DNA of 64,000 nt, taken from positions 25,668,001 to 25,732,000 of the forward strand of contig NC_045138.2 of NCBI RefSeq assembly GCF_008831285.2, in the 5' to 3' direction. Source of the stretch: Nymphaea colorata (Eukaryota). A model generated the notes under the pieces. That model searched no databases, was not told the origin of the DNA, and saw only the letters and a list, made by a program, of their open reading frames with translations. Shown one piece after another: positions 1 through 10,976 of this stretch. Both the position numbers and the translations under genes were made by a program. Every line of letters begins with the position of its first letter. Position 1 is the first letter of the stretch.

Positions 1-338
1 ACCAGCACTCACCAGCTCACAAAGTGAGCACACACTAAAACTCAACCCAACTCACAACGCTCAACCCAACTCACAATTTTTCACACAATCTCACCATGGC
101 CCAACGTCCCTATTTATAGGGAGAGAAAGTCGGTGGATGAAGCTTCCACCGATTTCCACATTGTTTCTTTTTTTAATTATTTTTTTTTCTTTTTAATCAT
201 TACCGACATTATAAGCACCGACTTTATAAAGGAGAGGCTTGTACCGACTCTCTACCACCGACTTACAAAAAACGGAAGAGGCTTGTAGTCTCTTGGGTCT
301 TCTCGACCCTTCTCAAGAGTCGGTGATGACTCTTTTCA
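1..338 (-). repeat. 3' LTR (partial)
   Basis: Matches 1544-1817 apart from two indel blocks; begins TGAAAAGAG on the minus strand right after the PPT; TATA box CCTATAAATA (minus) at 111-120. Confidence 0.93.
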
Positions 339-710
339 ATCTCCCCCTCATTACCGACTCTTGACTCAGGACACTTAACATTCTTCGAAGCTTGGTGAAC
401 GTTTGCACTGGCAGGCCTTTGGTAAAGATGTCAGCAACTTGATCTTCTGAAGCGATTGGCTGCAATTGAATTTCTCCTCTGAGTACCTTTTCTCTGATAA
501 AATGATGTTCCACTTCTATGTGTTTTGTTCGAGCATGGAAGACAGGATTTTCTGCAAGTCTGACTGCACTTTGATTATCGCAGTAGAGTCTCACTGCATA
601 ATCCACGTCTTGTTTAATGTCTTTCAGCAGTCGCATCAACCACACACATTCTTGTGCTGCTTGAGATGCTGCTCTATATTCAGCTTCTGTTATAGACAGT
701 GAAACTGTCG
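313..710 (-). pseudogene. Copia RNase H C-terminal remnant
   Basis: STVSLSITEAEYRA...LYCDNQSAVRLAENPVFHARTKHIEVEHHFIREKV...QVADIFTK are hallmark Ty1/copia RNase H motifs; no RT upstream. Confidence 0.92.
339..350 (-). other. Polypurine tract
   Basis: Minus strand TGAGGGGGAGAT abutting the TG of the 3' LTR. Confidence 0.88.
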
Positions 711-1192
711 AATTCTGGACGAAGTCTGCGAATAAATATTCTCCGTATACGGGCCTCACTGATCTTTGACTCAGGATCAATTTGAGATATCTCTCTACAG
801 ATATTTTTAACCTTCATAAAATATTCTGCTATCGACATGCTTCCTTGTGTTACTGTAGCTAGATCATTTTCTAACAATTGTAGGCGGGCATCATTAGCTT
901 GAAAAAATAGGGTTGCAAAAGCATCCCATGCTTCTTTAGGAGTCGTAGCATCTCGTATATGCTCTAATAAATTTTTCTCGATTGATACCTTAATTGCAAA
1001 TAAAGCTTTTCCTGCTTTGATCATCCATTTCTTCTTCGCTTCCTCGTCGACAGGAATATTAGTGTCTGATCCCAATACAATCTCCCATAATTCTTGTCCT
1101 AGAAAATACGACTCCATACAAGATTTCCAATAGCCATAATTACTATTGTTAAGTTTCTCAATATTGTTTAATGCAACTGCTAATGCCGCCAT
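680..1192 (-). CDS. Copia gag N-terminal ORF (170 aa, truncated by the internal deletion)
   Basis: KLNNSNYGYWKSCMESYFLGQELWEIV...TPKEAWDAF...SMSIAEYFMKVK are copia gag motifs; ATG lies ~50 bp after the PBS. Confidence 0.88.
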   Translation of the reverse strand: MAALAVALNNIEKLNNSNYGYWKSCMESYFLGQELWEIVLGSDTNIPVDEEAKKKWMIKAGKALFAIKVSIEKNLLEHIRDATTPKEAWDAFATLFFQANDARLQLLENDLATVTQGSMSIAEYFMKVKNICREISQIDPESKISEARIRRIFIRRLRPEFDSFTVYNRS

Positions 1193-1241
1193 AATTCCAG
1201 GATATAATTATTCCAATAAATCAGCCCTCAGACAGAACCTC

Positions 1242-1253
1242 GCTCTGATACCA
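1242..1253 (-). other. Primer binding site (tRNA-iMet)
   Basis: + strand GCTCTGATACCA = minus TGGTATCAGAGC, 2 nt from the LTR end. Confidence 0.93.
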
Positions 1254-1255
1254 CT

Positions 1256-1817
1256 TGTTGGATAACGTAATGCGGGCCCTAAATATAACTCAGCTACAAA
1301 CTCGAATTTATACGGAGAAAATCCAGCAGAGTCTCGACGTCCAAACTAATACTCAATAATAACTTTGGCAAAATATACTTGAACAAGTAAACTATTTATT
1401 CATCAAACTGGATATTACAAAAAAGAGCTTAAGAAAACTCACCTCGGTTCACGCAGTGAGCTAACACACCCAACGCCCTTGAAGCTTCAACACCACACCC
1501 AACGCCCTTGAAGCTTCAACACTCAAGTTCACGAAGTGAACACACCAGCACTCACCAGCTCACAAAGTGAGCACACACATAATCTTGCCATGGCCCAACG
1601 TCCCTATTTATAGGGAGAGAAAGTCGGTGGATGAAGCTTCCACCGATTTCCATATTGTTTTTTTTTTTAATTATTTTTCTTTCTTTTTAATTAGCACCGA
1701 CTTTATAAAGGAGAGGCTTGTACCGACTCTCTACCACCGACTTACAAAAAACGGAAGAGGCTTGTAGTCTCTTGGGTCTTCTCGACCCTTCTCAAGAGTC
1801 GGTGATGACTCTTTTCA
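1256..1817 (-). repeat. 5' LTR (562 bp)
   Basis: TGTTG...TTTTCA boundaries; internal tandem CACACCCAACGCCCTTGAAGCTTCAAC x2 near 1465-1520; TATA at 1605-1614 (minus). Confidence 0.93.
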
Positions 1818-2563
1818 CATCTCCATGGCTAATTGCAGCGCTTGCTGGCGAAGCTGACCGAATCCTTCATCCAGGAAAATCTGGCAGCTCGAGGGACGAG
1901 AGCGATATTTTGCTCAGAAAATTGCGTCATAAGGTACGAGTTGGAGAGCTTGGCGGCGATTCCACCACCCGCTTTGCCGCCACCAATTCCCGCCACCAGC
2001 CAGACCTCATCAAATCCATCGAGTAAGCACTCTCTGGTCTGCATCGCTTTACCCTGTATGATTGGTTTACCATGTCCTTTACTCATGGATGACATTATGC
2101 TTGCATGCTATGCACTTCGACTAAAGATGAAAATCACATTCATGTACTTATTTCTGTCATATATTATATATGTATAGTTACGGCCATGCTAAAACATCAA
2201 TAGATTAATCTTGAAAATTGTTTTCTCGATACCGCGTTTCCCTTTGAAATTTCCAAAACGACATTTTCACGCTTTCATGCTGACTTTGATTCCCGTCCAA
2301 TAAACTGGCTCTATAGATATCAATTGAGGTGGATCAGGTAACCAAATATCAACAAGCCCCATGTCTAATATGCTGAACTCTTATGGTTGATAAAGAATGT
2401 GATTTTAAGATTTAAAGTTATATGTATGATCTCCCAATTAATTTGTTTCATATGGTCTGAACTAATATGGGTGCTTTCAGGATCCGACCGTAACTTGCTG
2501 ATCAATGGATATAATGTTGTCATCGCCCTCATTACTTTGGCATCTTCGGCTTCGGTTCTTTGA
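1818..2563 (+). pseudogene. 3' part of a DUF26/Gnk2 gene interrupted by the retrotransposon (exon remnant 1818-2022, exon 2 2481-2563)
   Basis: Reads (D)ISMANCSAC, then a 1-nt frameshift, then LAKLTESFIQENLAARGTRAIFCSENCVIRYELESL and a Pro-rich linker; aligns to paralog DISLVDCGTCLANLT...CIIGYQ. Phase-1 donor A|GTAAG at 2023, acceptor TTTCAG at 2480; exon 2 = RSDRNLLINGYNVVIALITLASSASVL*. Confidence 0.8.
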
Positions 2564-3083
2564 GAAATGGTTGAAGCAGAAAAAAATGGTGGGGATTGGG
2601 GAAAGCAGGAACTTAAATTCCATAAATTTAGCAAGTAATGAAGCTTGGCATGAGTTGGTATTGCCGTCACTGTGATCATTATCATGTATGAAAACTGTGT
2701 GGATGTGTCTTTGTTTTCGTGTGGATCAGGCCGCACCGTTATCCACTTGCAATTTATTTAGTGTGCTGACCGGAATCATTCTTATAAAGATTCGGTGATA
2801 ATATTATAGAATCCTATAAACAGCAAAAAAAAATTGCAAGTGATGAAAGGTGGCAAAAGAAAATTATCCACTCTCTGTTATGACTCATCCCAATACGGCT
2901 TAGGGAACTAACACTCACGGGAATTAAATTGAAAATACAGACCTCCAAGTATTACAGTCATTCATATCTTGGGTCCAGGACTTCTTGATCTTGTCGTATC
3001 TGATCTCACTAGGCTGTCGCTTGATTAAGTTATCTTCATGCAAACAAAAAAAGGAAAAAGGAGGAAACATAATAAACTTTTCT

Positions 3084-4127
3084 TCAAAGATGGAAAAGGG
3101 CATGCTGCCATAGTGCTGTAGAAAATGTTGAGATAATAATGGCGACAAGAATGTTGCTGCTTCCAAACCACTGTAGCCCGACCCCTGTTGCATCAAACAA
3201 GAACTATGTCAAATGTCTCACTTTTCAAACAAAAGCAGTTTGTCAGACTTATATTAAGATCGTCTTCTCCTGCTCATTATCTATGGCGATGTTAATCCTA
3301 AACAAGTAAAGAAAATTGAGGCACACACATATCACAGGGAGACTTCAATTATGCTTGTGAGGTTTCCTAATCAACTTACTTGGTGCGATTGAAGAAGACG
3401 GCTGTAGCAGCTGGTACCCAATAATGCAAGTTCGTGAGTAGACCATGACGTCCGTCACGTCGATGCTGTCCTTCTGAATCCTTGAGGTCAAATTTGCCAA
3501 GCATGTGCCACAGTCGACGAGGGAGATGTCTCTTGAGCATTGCACCGAGCTGTGGATTGTCTGACCGGCCGTGAGGTAAGTGTCTCCGGCCGCGAACATC
3601 AGCCTGGATCGGCTGCCGGTGGCAATCGCCGTAAGGTTGCTCAGGAGCCTTACCAACTGCTGGTTGAAGACGGCACGGTCCAAAGCGGCAGGGTTGTTAG
3701 TGTTGTAGATGCCGGCGATCAGTTCCGCGTCGGCAACGCCCAGGAAGTTCGAAGGAGAGTATCTTACCACGCAATGGTCATACCACATCTGCCGAGACCC
3801 ACAGAGGGAGGATGTTCCCTCAGTGGCCTTATCGATGCAGCCCCTGCAATCCACGCTTGAGGCGTCGCCAAAGCAGAGGGCTGTGCCATAAACTCGATTC
3901 GGTGGCTGTCCGGCGACCCCGGCGGCGAAGCCAGTAAGAGACGCGTTGGGGCGCAGGGCGAGGAGCAGGCTGTTGACGTTTTGCAAGTAGATGGCGCTGA
4001 CATTGTAGTCCCCGGGTGGAACGTAGCATACTGAGAACGGAGAACGATTGGCAGTTTCGGCCTTGGAGATTGTTGTTGCTAATGCTACGAATAGGGTCGC
4101 GCAGAAACAGAGAGTTTGTTTGATCAT
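3084..4127 (-). CDS. Double-DUF26 cysteine-rich protein A, 282 aa; exons 4127-3380 and 3184-3084
   Basis: Signal peptide MIKQTLCFCATLFVALATTISKA; two C-x8-C-x2-C motifs; phase-1 intron GTAAG..CAG; exon 2 = RVGLQWFGSSNILVAIIISTFSTALWQHALFHL*. Confidence 0.88.
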
Positions 4128-4319
4128 CCTTATGGAGGAAGAAAGCTGAATTTGTGACAATGGAGGGCCGATTTGGGGTGCAGGAGGATGGATTATGATG
4201 TCTACTAAATGGCAAGCGCGCGAGATTCTTTTGGGAGCGACCAAGTATCAATCAAGATGCTTAATATTTGGACAACTGATAAAGGAAGGAAATGGACGAA
4301 GAAATAAAGGATGAGAAGG

Positions 4320-4353
<34 letters not shown>
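4320..4353. repeat. (TA)n(GA)n compound microsatellite
   Basis: Read directly, upstream of DUF26 gene A. Confidence 0.9.
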
Positions 4354-4354
<1 letters not shown>

Positions 4355-5196
4355 AGGCTAAAGCGTGGAACAAGGGAGGGTCAACAAGGTTGTTGAATTT
4401 GGAGATCTTATAAGGAAGGAAGGAAATAAAGGAAGAACTAAGAGAATGACAAAAGGAGTGCAGGGGCCGAGCCACAGGTTTCAAGGGAGAAGCTAATAAA
4501 CGGACAAGGGTTTACATAGAAGGAAGGAAGTAGACTTTTGTTTTCGTAGACGACTTTAAAACCTGCCAAAGTGGATGAGAAACAAGGAGAACGAGTGTGA
4601 CATACATACATTCAACTCCATTCGAGTAATACTGACGTACTGGTATCATATAAGGTGTTCGCATTCAACATGTTTGACTTGTAATATCTAAATATTGTTC
4701 GTCGTAGTATCTTATAAATATATATCTATCTGGACTATTATAAATAAAGTCCAGTTGACTTTCTGTCAATGGCCGAGATTTCGTTCAAAGGATGGATAAG
4801 AATCATACACCAGACGTGAAGTCACAGTTCTGGATTTAGCGAGGTCGGAACGGTTCAATCGGCCAGCTGTTCAGAAAGGATGAACTCAACCTGTCTTTCC
4901 AAAAATCTGGACCTTATGCTCCCAATTCCCAAGGACGTGTGACGGGGCTGAGATAGATCTGGATTCGGATCGCTGGATTTGGATTTGATGCTAGGAGTTT
5001 GGTCGATATATTTACCAAAGCTGGTACGAACCCACTCACAGTTGTAGCTGAAGATATGTGCTCATAGAACAACTGCTTTTAATCAACATTCACAAAGTCA
5101 TGAGTTTATAATCACACATTCCAAACTGCTGACAAAAATACAAAGGTATAATACACTCTGACTCAACACGTACAACCTTAACTCTTTTCATCACCT

Positions 5197-6708
5197 TTAT
5201 AAGGAGAAAGAATGAGGAATTCCAAGACACAGTGCTGCTGTAGAAATTGTTGAGATAATGGCGACAAGAATGTCGTTTCGAATCCAGTAGAGCCCGATCC
5301 CTGTTGGTACCAAACATAAACTATGTCAAATGTCTCACTTTTGCCCAAAAAACAGTTTTGCAAGCTTATATTAAGATCATGATCTTGCGAAGAATCAAAC
5401 TATGTTAATGGTTAATTCAGATGATTGAGAAGGTAACAGGATTCCAAGACGTGGAGATTGAGAACCCCTGGTTTTAGGATTCCAATCGTTTCATAATGTT
5501 GAAAGAGTTACGGCTCTCGGCTTATCATAATATGCGAATAAAGGATGCGCCAATGTACATCATGTACATTTTAGACTATTTGTATATAGAGGTAAACGGT
5601 CTTTCTTTGTCCGATTCGAATTGTAATTTCTTTTCAACAAAAAGTTAAATCTAATTGCTCATTCACATGGTAAAATATAGGAAAACGAGCGCATTCGTGT
5701 TATTTTTTCAAAAGATTAAAAATGATGAAGGCAATTTGCTATGAAATTTTGACGATGACTGTCATGAAATGTATAGAAAATGCATATAGACCCATCACTG
5801 GCTCTTTTTGGTAACCGCGTCCTCTCGTGCTGATTATCACGCAGATATTACTTCCAACGCGAGCAAAGAAAATTGAGGCACACCCATTATGCTCTCGCAT
5901 GGTTTTCCGAAGTCAACTTACTTGCTGAGCTTGAAGAAGGCAGCTGTGGATTTTTTTCCCGCGGGTTTGCATCGGAAGAAGGCAGCTGTGGCACCTGGTA
6001 CCTAATAATGCAAGTTCCTGAGCTGATGAAGACGTCCGTCTTCTCGTTGCAGCACGTCTGGATCCTTGAGGTCAAATTTGCCAAGCAGGTGCCGCAGTCA
6101 TTGAGGGAGATGTCCCTTGTGCATTGCACCCAGCCGTGGATCGTCTGACCGGCCGTGACCGAAATGTTTCCGGTCGCGTACTTCATCTCGGATCGGTTGC
6201 CGGCGGCAGTCGTCGTAAGGTTGGTGAGGAGCGTTAGCAGCTGGGTGTTGAAGAGGGCAGGGTCCGAAGTATCAGGGCTGTCGGGGTTGGTGCCGGAGAC
6301 GACGTCCTCCGTGTCCAGAACGCCTATGAAGTTCGAAGGAGAGTATCTCACCATACAGTGGTCATACCACATTACCCAAGACTCGCAGACGGAGTCTGTT
6401 CCTTCGGTGGCGTTATAGATGCAACCCCTGCAATCCTCGCTTGAGGCGTCGCCGTAGCAGAGGATGGTGCCATAAACTCTGTTCGGGGGCTGGCCGGCGA
6501 CCGCGGTGCCGAAGCCAGTGAGGGACGCGTTGCGCCGCAGCGCGAGGAGCAGGCTGTTGACGCTTTGCTTGTAGGCGGTGCTGGCCTTGTAGTCCTCAGT
6601 GGGGTCGTAGCAGACCGCGAAAGGAAAATGAGCGGCACCTTTCGCCCGGGAGACCGTCGCTGCTAATGCTGTGAGTAGGATGGTGCAGAGGCCAAGAGTT
6701 CCCTTCAT
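5197..6708 (-). CDS. Double-DUF26 cysteine-rich protein B; exons 6708-5922 and 5300-5197
   Basis: Signal peptide MKGTLGLCTILLTALAATVSRA; two C-x8-C-x2-C motifs; phase-1 intron; exon 2 = RIGLYWIRNDILVAIISTISTAALCLGIPHSFSL*. Confidence 0.9.
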
Positions 6709-8339
6709 CGTTGTCGTCGAGGACGGAAGCTAATTTAGGTGGCCAACAATGGAGGGTCGGTTTGGGGTGTGGGACGATGGATTCTAAGTGTCAATCGAGA
6801 TTCCTTTGGAAGCACAGAGCATCAATCGAGATGGAGAGATCCCGTAAAGAAGGAAACAGAGGAAGAACAGAGAACGTGAAAGAGTCGTATCGACCGATCC
6901 GCCGGTTTAAGGACGAAGCTGAGAAATTTACAAGACTTTACGTAGAACCAAGAAGTTGACTTTGTTTTCGTAGATGACTTGGGACATGCCATTCCACATA
7001 CCAGACGAAGAAGACGGCGATCTCCAGGCTGTTGGGCGCCGCTGTATTAATAAGCCTGAATGGAGGGCCGACAAATTGTATCGTTCTTCCGTTGGCTAAT
7101 GAAAACCGTGGGCTAGAAATCATCTTTTCAACAAAACCAGCTTTCCAGTAAGGGAAAAACCACATCAATAGAAAATTTATTTAATTGCGGATTGGCTTCG
7201 GGCCTGTACATGTTTAGTATTATATAATAAGCAATCACTAAGTTTTACACAAAGTCGGCTTGGAGGAATGCCGTTAATTGGATTCCATATAGTATGGACA
7301 TACTGGCATTATGTATGGCGTTCACATTCAGCATCTCCAACTTGCAGTATCTAAATATTAATTCACAGTCGGTATCTGGATATCTGTTTGGACGAGTCCC
7401 AAAATAGTTGATTTTCTGCCAATATCCAAGACTTAATCCATCCTTCAACGGACAGGAACCGTTGGCCTGACGACTGACGTGCATCTGAATCGTTGGTGCG
7501 TGTTTAGTACATACAGTAAGCATTTAGTTCAGATGGAAGTTTACAGAGCATCTGGCTGGCTTTAAATTTGTATGTGGAATTTCTATCTTTGAGTTTCAAA
7601 ATTGCAAATGTGACTTGGAAACATGTGTGTCTGTGGAATCTACTGTAGTTTAACTGTGTAAGCATTCAATCTGAACAGGGAGTTGCGGCTTGTCGTTACA
7701 GAGCATAAGGTGATTAAAGGAGGAGAGGAAGAAAAGAAATAGTGGCAACACAGGCTCATCTACAACAAAATTGATGGCGGAAGCCGACAGAGAGATAGTG
7801 GCAGTGGCTAACTCCTGCTAAAGACCCATAGGTGACAAATAGGCAACCGGTTAGATTATTATTGCAGGCCTGTTAATCGAGATCAATCATAGGACTGCAG
7901 GACATTGTTGGCGGCCTCTAATCCAGAAGATAACAATTCTAATGTTGGTTTGGCTTCACCCCACGTCCAAAATGGAATTCCACTGGTGCAGCAACGTAAC
8001 TGCACTACTATTAATTCTTGTTGTTTCCTCTTTTCGAAAAGGAAGAAAACAGATTTTCCTTTGTCTATAACTCAAATGGTAAAATAGTGTGCTAGTTATT
8101 TTCTTCCCAAAAAGTTAAAAGCATGTATGTTGCTTTCAAAATGCGGAAATAATTGTCATGACACATCCAAACACCTACACTGGAATATAAAATGAATATG
8201 GATTCTTTCACAATACCTATTTTTAATTGGATTTTATTCCAGTATTATTTTTCTTTTTTTAGAAGTAAGCCAAGTAGTGTTTGTTGTGAGGTATACATCC
8301 CAACAGGGCAATAACTTGAGGAGTACTTTGAGAGAAGAT

Positions 8340-9010
8340 TATGGAGGAAGAGAGCTAAATTAGTTAGGTCAGCAACAACGGAGGGTCAACAAGATTGTTG
8401 AAACTTGGGGAGATATCTCAAAGAAGCCAAAGCCCTTCTCCCTTCTTCCTTGCCCTGAGGTTCAAGACTGCTTCTGGACTTGAGTGGACTTACGGTTACT
8501 CCATTTAATTCGACAGTACTAGAAGGGTAGTGCCCACGAGAATTTGAGAATAAGAGAAAGAAAATGATGGAAGAAATAAGAGACTGAGAAAGAAGTGTAG
8601 CCGCAGAGCCGCTGGTTTCAAGGAAGAAGCTAATAAACAGAGAAGGGTTTACACGTAGAATGAAGAAGTTGACTTTGCTTTAGTAAACGTCTTTAAACAT
8701 GCCATCGCAAGTGGACGAGAAACACGGGGAACGGGTGGGGCATAAATACATTCGACACTATTCAAGTAATCTAGACGTACTGGTATTATATAAGGTGTTG
8801 CCATTCAGCATGTTTGACTTGTAATATCTAAATATTTGTCCTTTATAGCATCTGAATATATGTTTATCTGGACTATTAGACCCACAATAAATGAACTCCA
8901 GTTGTCTTTCTACCAACAGCCAAGATTTCGTTCAAATGATGGATAAGAATAATATGCCTGACGTGAATCACGGTACTGGATTTAGTCAGATCTGGCAATC
9001 TGCCAGTTCA
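8340..9010 (-). promoter_or_regulatory. Orphan paralog of the gene-A 5'UTR/promoter (coding region missing)
   Basis: 8340-8385 matches 4131-4167, 8380-8415 matches 4375-4410, and 8550-9010 matches 4410-4880; no DUF26 ORF on its 3' side. Confidence 0.7.
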
Positions 9011-9147
9011 AAAAGGATAATCTTCATAGAACAACTGCTTTCAATCAGCATTCACAAATCATGAATTTTTATTCACGCATTCCAAACTGTTGACAAAAAT
9101 ATACAGGTTTACACTTTGCTTCAACACAATCTTACTCTTTTTCATCT

Positions 9148-10976
9148 TTAGAAGGAGAAACGATGAGGAATTCCAAGACACAGTGCTGCTGTAGAAAATG
9201 TTGAGATAATGGCGACAAGAATGTCTCTCCTGATCCAATGGAGCGCGACACCTGTTGGTATCAAACATAAACTATGACAAATTGCCCAAAAAACAGTTTT
9301 GCAGGCTTATATCAAGATCCTGATCTTGCGTAGAATCAAACTATGTTCATAGTTAATTCAGGTGATTGAGAAGGTAAACGACCCAGCTTTTAGGATTCCA
9401 ATCGGGCCCTCGGCTTATCATAAATGTTAATAAGGGATGCGCAAATGTACATGATGTAAATTTTAGACTATTTGTTTATGGAGGTAAATTGTCTTTCTTT
9501 GTCCAATTCGATTTGTAATTTATTTTCAACAAAAAGTTAAATCTTGGTCTAATTCAAATGGTAACCTATGGGGACACGAGCGCATTCTTGCTATTGAAGG
9601 CCTTTTAATAAGAAATTCCACCATGATTGTCATGAAACATCCAAATAACTGGATCATATACAAAATGCGTATAGGTTCTTTTACATTATTGCTTATTTTA
9701 GTGAGTTGAATCCTTTATATCATGTGATTTGATGAGAGGTTGAATATGCTAATTCAGTTCCCAAGGTTAGAGCTACTTTGGGACTTGGGTCGAATGCGAG
9801 ATACCTTGCAACTACGGTACAATGCATTCACTATAAGAAAAAATTAATCTACAAGTCTTTTCTAATTTTGAGACATATTTGTACAATACTCACCACATGG
9901 TGGTTTCTAATGTCAAACGGTCCCTATCTATTTGACAGTTATACAGAGTTTCATAAATTTTTCTTAATTTTGAGGCATATTTGTAAAACACTAACACACG
10001 TTATGTTCCTAATGTTAAACAGCCACTAATGCTCAATGCGTCCGTTCACGTTTTTGCAAAAAAATAAATAAATAACTACCCTTTTTCGTGCTAACCGCTT
10101 CTCTCGTGCTGATTATCCATGGAGATTATATATACTCCTCCCAACACGAAGAAAGAAAATTAAGGCACACCAATCTCAGGCTCACTTTATTTGTGCTTGC
10201 GTGGCTTTCTAAAGTAAACTTACCCGCTGAGCTTGTAGAAAGCAGCTGTGGTACCTGGTACATAATAATGCAAGTTCTTGAGGTGATGAAGACGTCTGTC
10301 TTATCGATGCAGCACGTCTCGATGCTTGAGATCAAATTTGCCAAGCAGGTGCCGCAGTCATTGAGGGAGATGTCCCTTGTGCATTGCACCCAGCCGTGGA
10401 TCATCTGACCGTCCGTGACGGAAATGTTTCCGGTCGCGTACATCATCCCGGATCGGTTGCCGGTGGCAGTCGCCGTAAGGTTGTAGAGGAGCGTTAGCAG
10501 CTGCAGGTTGAAGACCGCAGGGTCCGAAGCATCAGGGCTGTCGGGGTTGGTGCTGGAGGAGATGTCCTCCGTGTCCAGAACGCCGATGAAGTTCGAAGGA
10601 GAGTATCTCAACACACACTGGTCAAACCACATTACCCAAGACTCGCAGGGGGAGTCTGTTCCTTCGGTGGCGTTAGAGATGCAGCCCTTGCAATCCTCCC
10701 TTGAGGCGTCGCCGTAGCAGAGCATGGTGCCATAAACTCTGTTGGGGGGCTGGCCGGCGACCGCTGTGCCGAAGCCAGTGAGGGACGCGTTGCGCCGCAG
10801 CGCGAGGAGCACGCTGTCGACGCTTTGCTTGTAGGCGGTGCTGGCCTTGTAGTCCTCAGTAGGGGTGTAGCACTGTAGCAGATAGCGAAAGGAAAACGAG
10901 CGGCACCTTTCGCCCGGGAAACCGTCGCTGCTAAGGCTGTGAGTAGGATGGTGCAGAGGCATAGAGTTCCCTTCAT
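9148..10976 (-). pseudogene. Double-DUF26 gene C, frameshifted; exons 10976-10224 and 9251-9148
   Basis: Close paralog of B. 8-bp duplication at 10865-10880 shifts frame after FAICY. Exon 2 = GVALHWIRRDILVAIISTFSTAALCLGIPHRFSF*. Confidence 0.85.

Larger units (their letters stand above)
1..1817 (-). mobile_element. Ty1/copia LTR retrotransposon, internally deleted and non-autonomous (3' LTR runs off window start)
   Basis: Direct repeats 1-338 and 1544-1817. 5' LTR 1256-1817 has TG...CA ends. PBS TGGTATCAGAGC (tRNA-iMet type) at 1242-1253. PPT at 339-350. Internal region is only ~917 bp with gag and RNase H remnants. Confidence 0.95.

Noticed and set aside
4128..4244. N-terminal extensions in the ORF track (gene A, gene C, TZF, MAKR-like, RS-rich)
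   Set aside because: They start at TTG/GTG codons or run through introns; downstream ATGs give signal peptides or proper exon structure.
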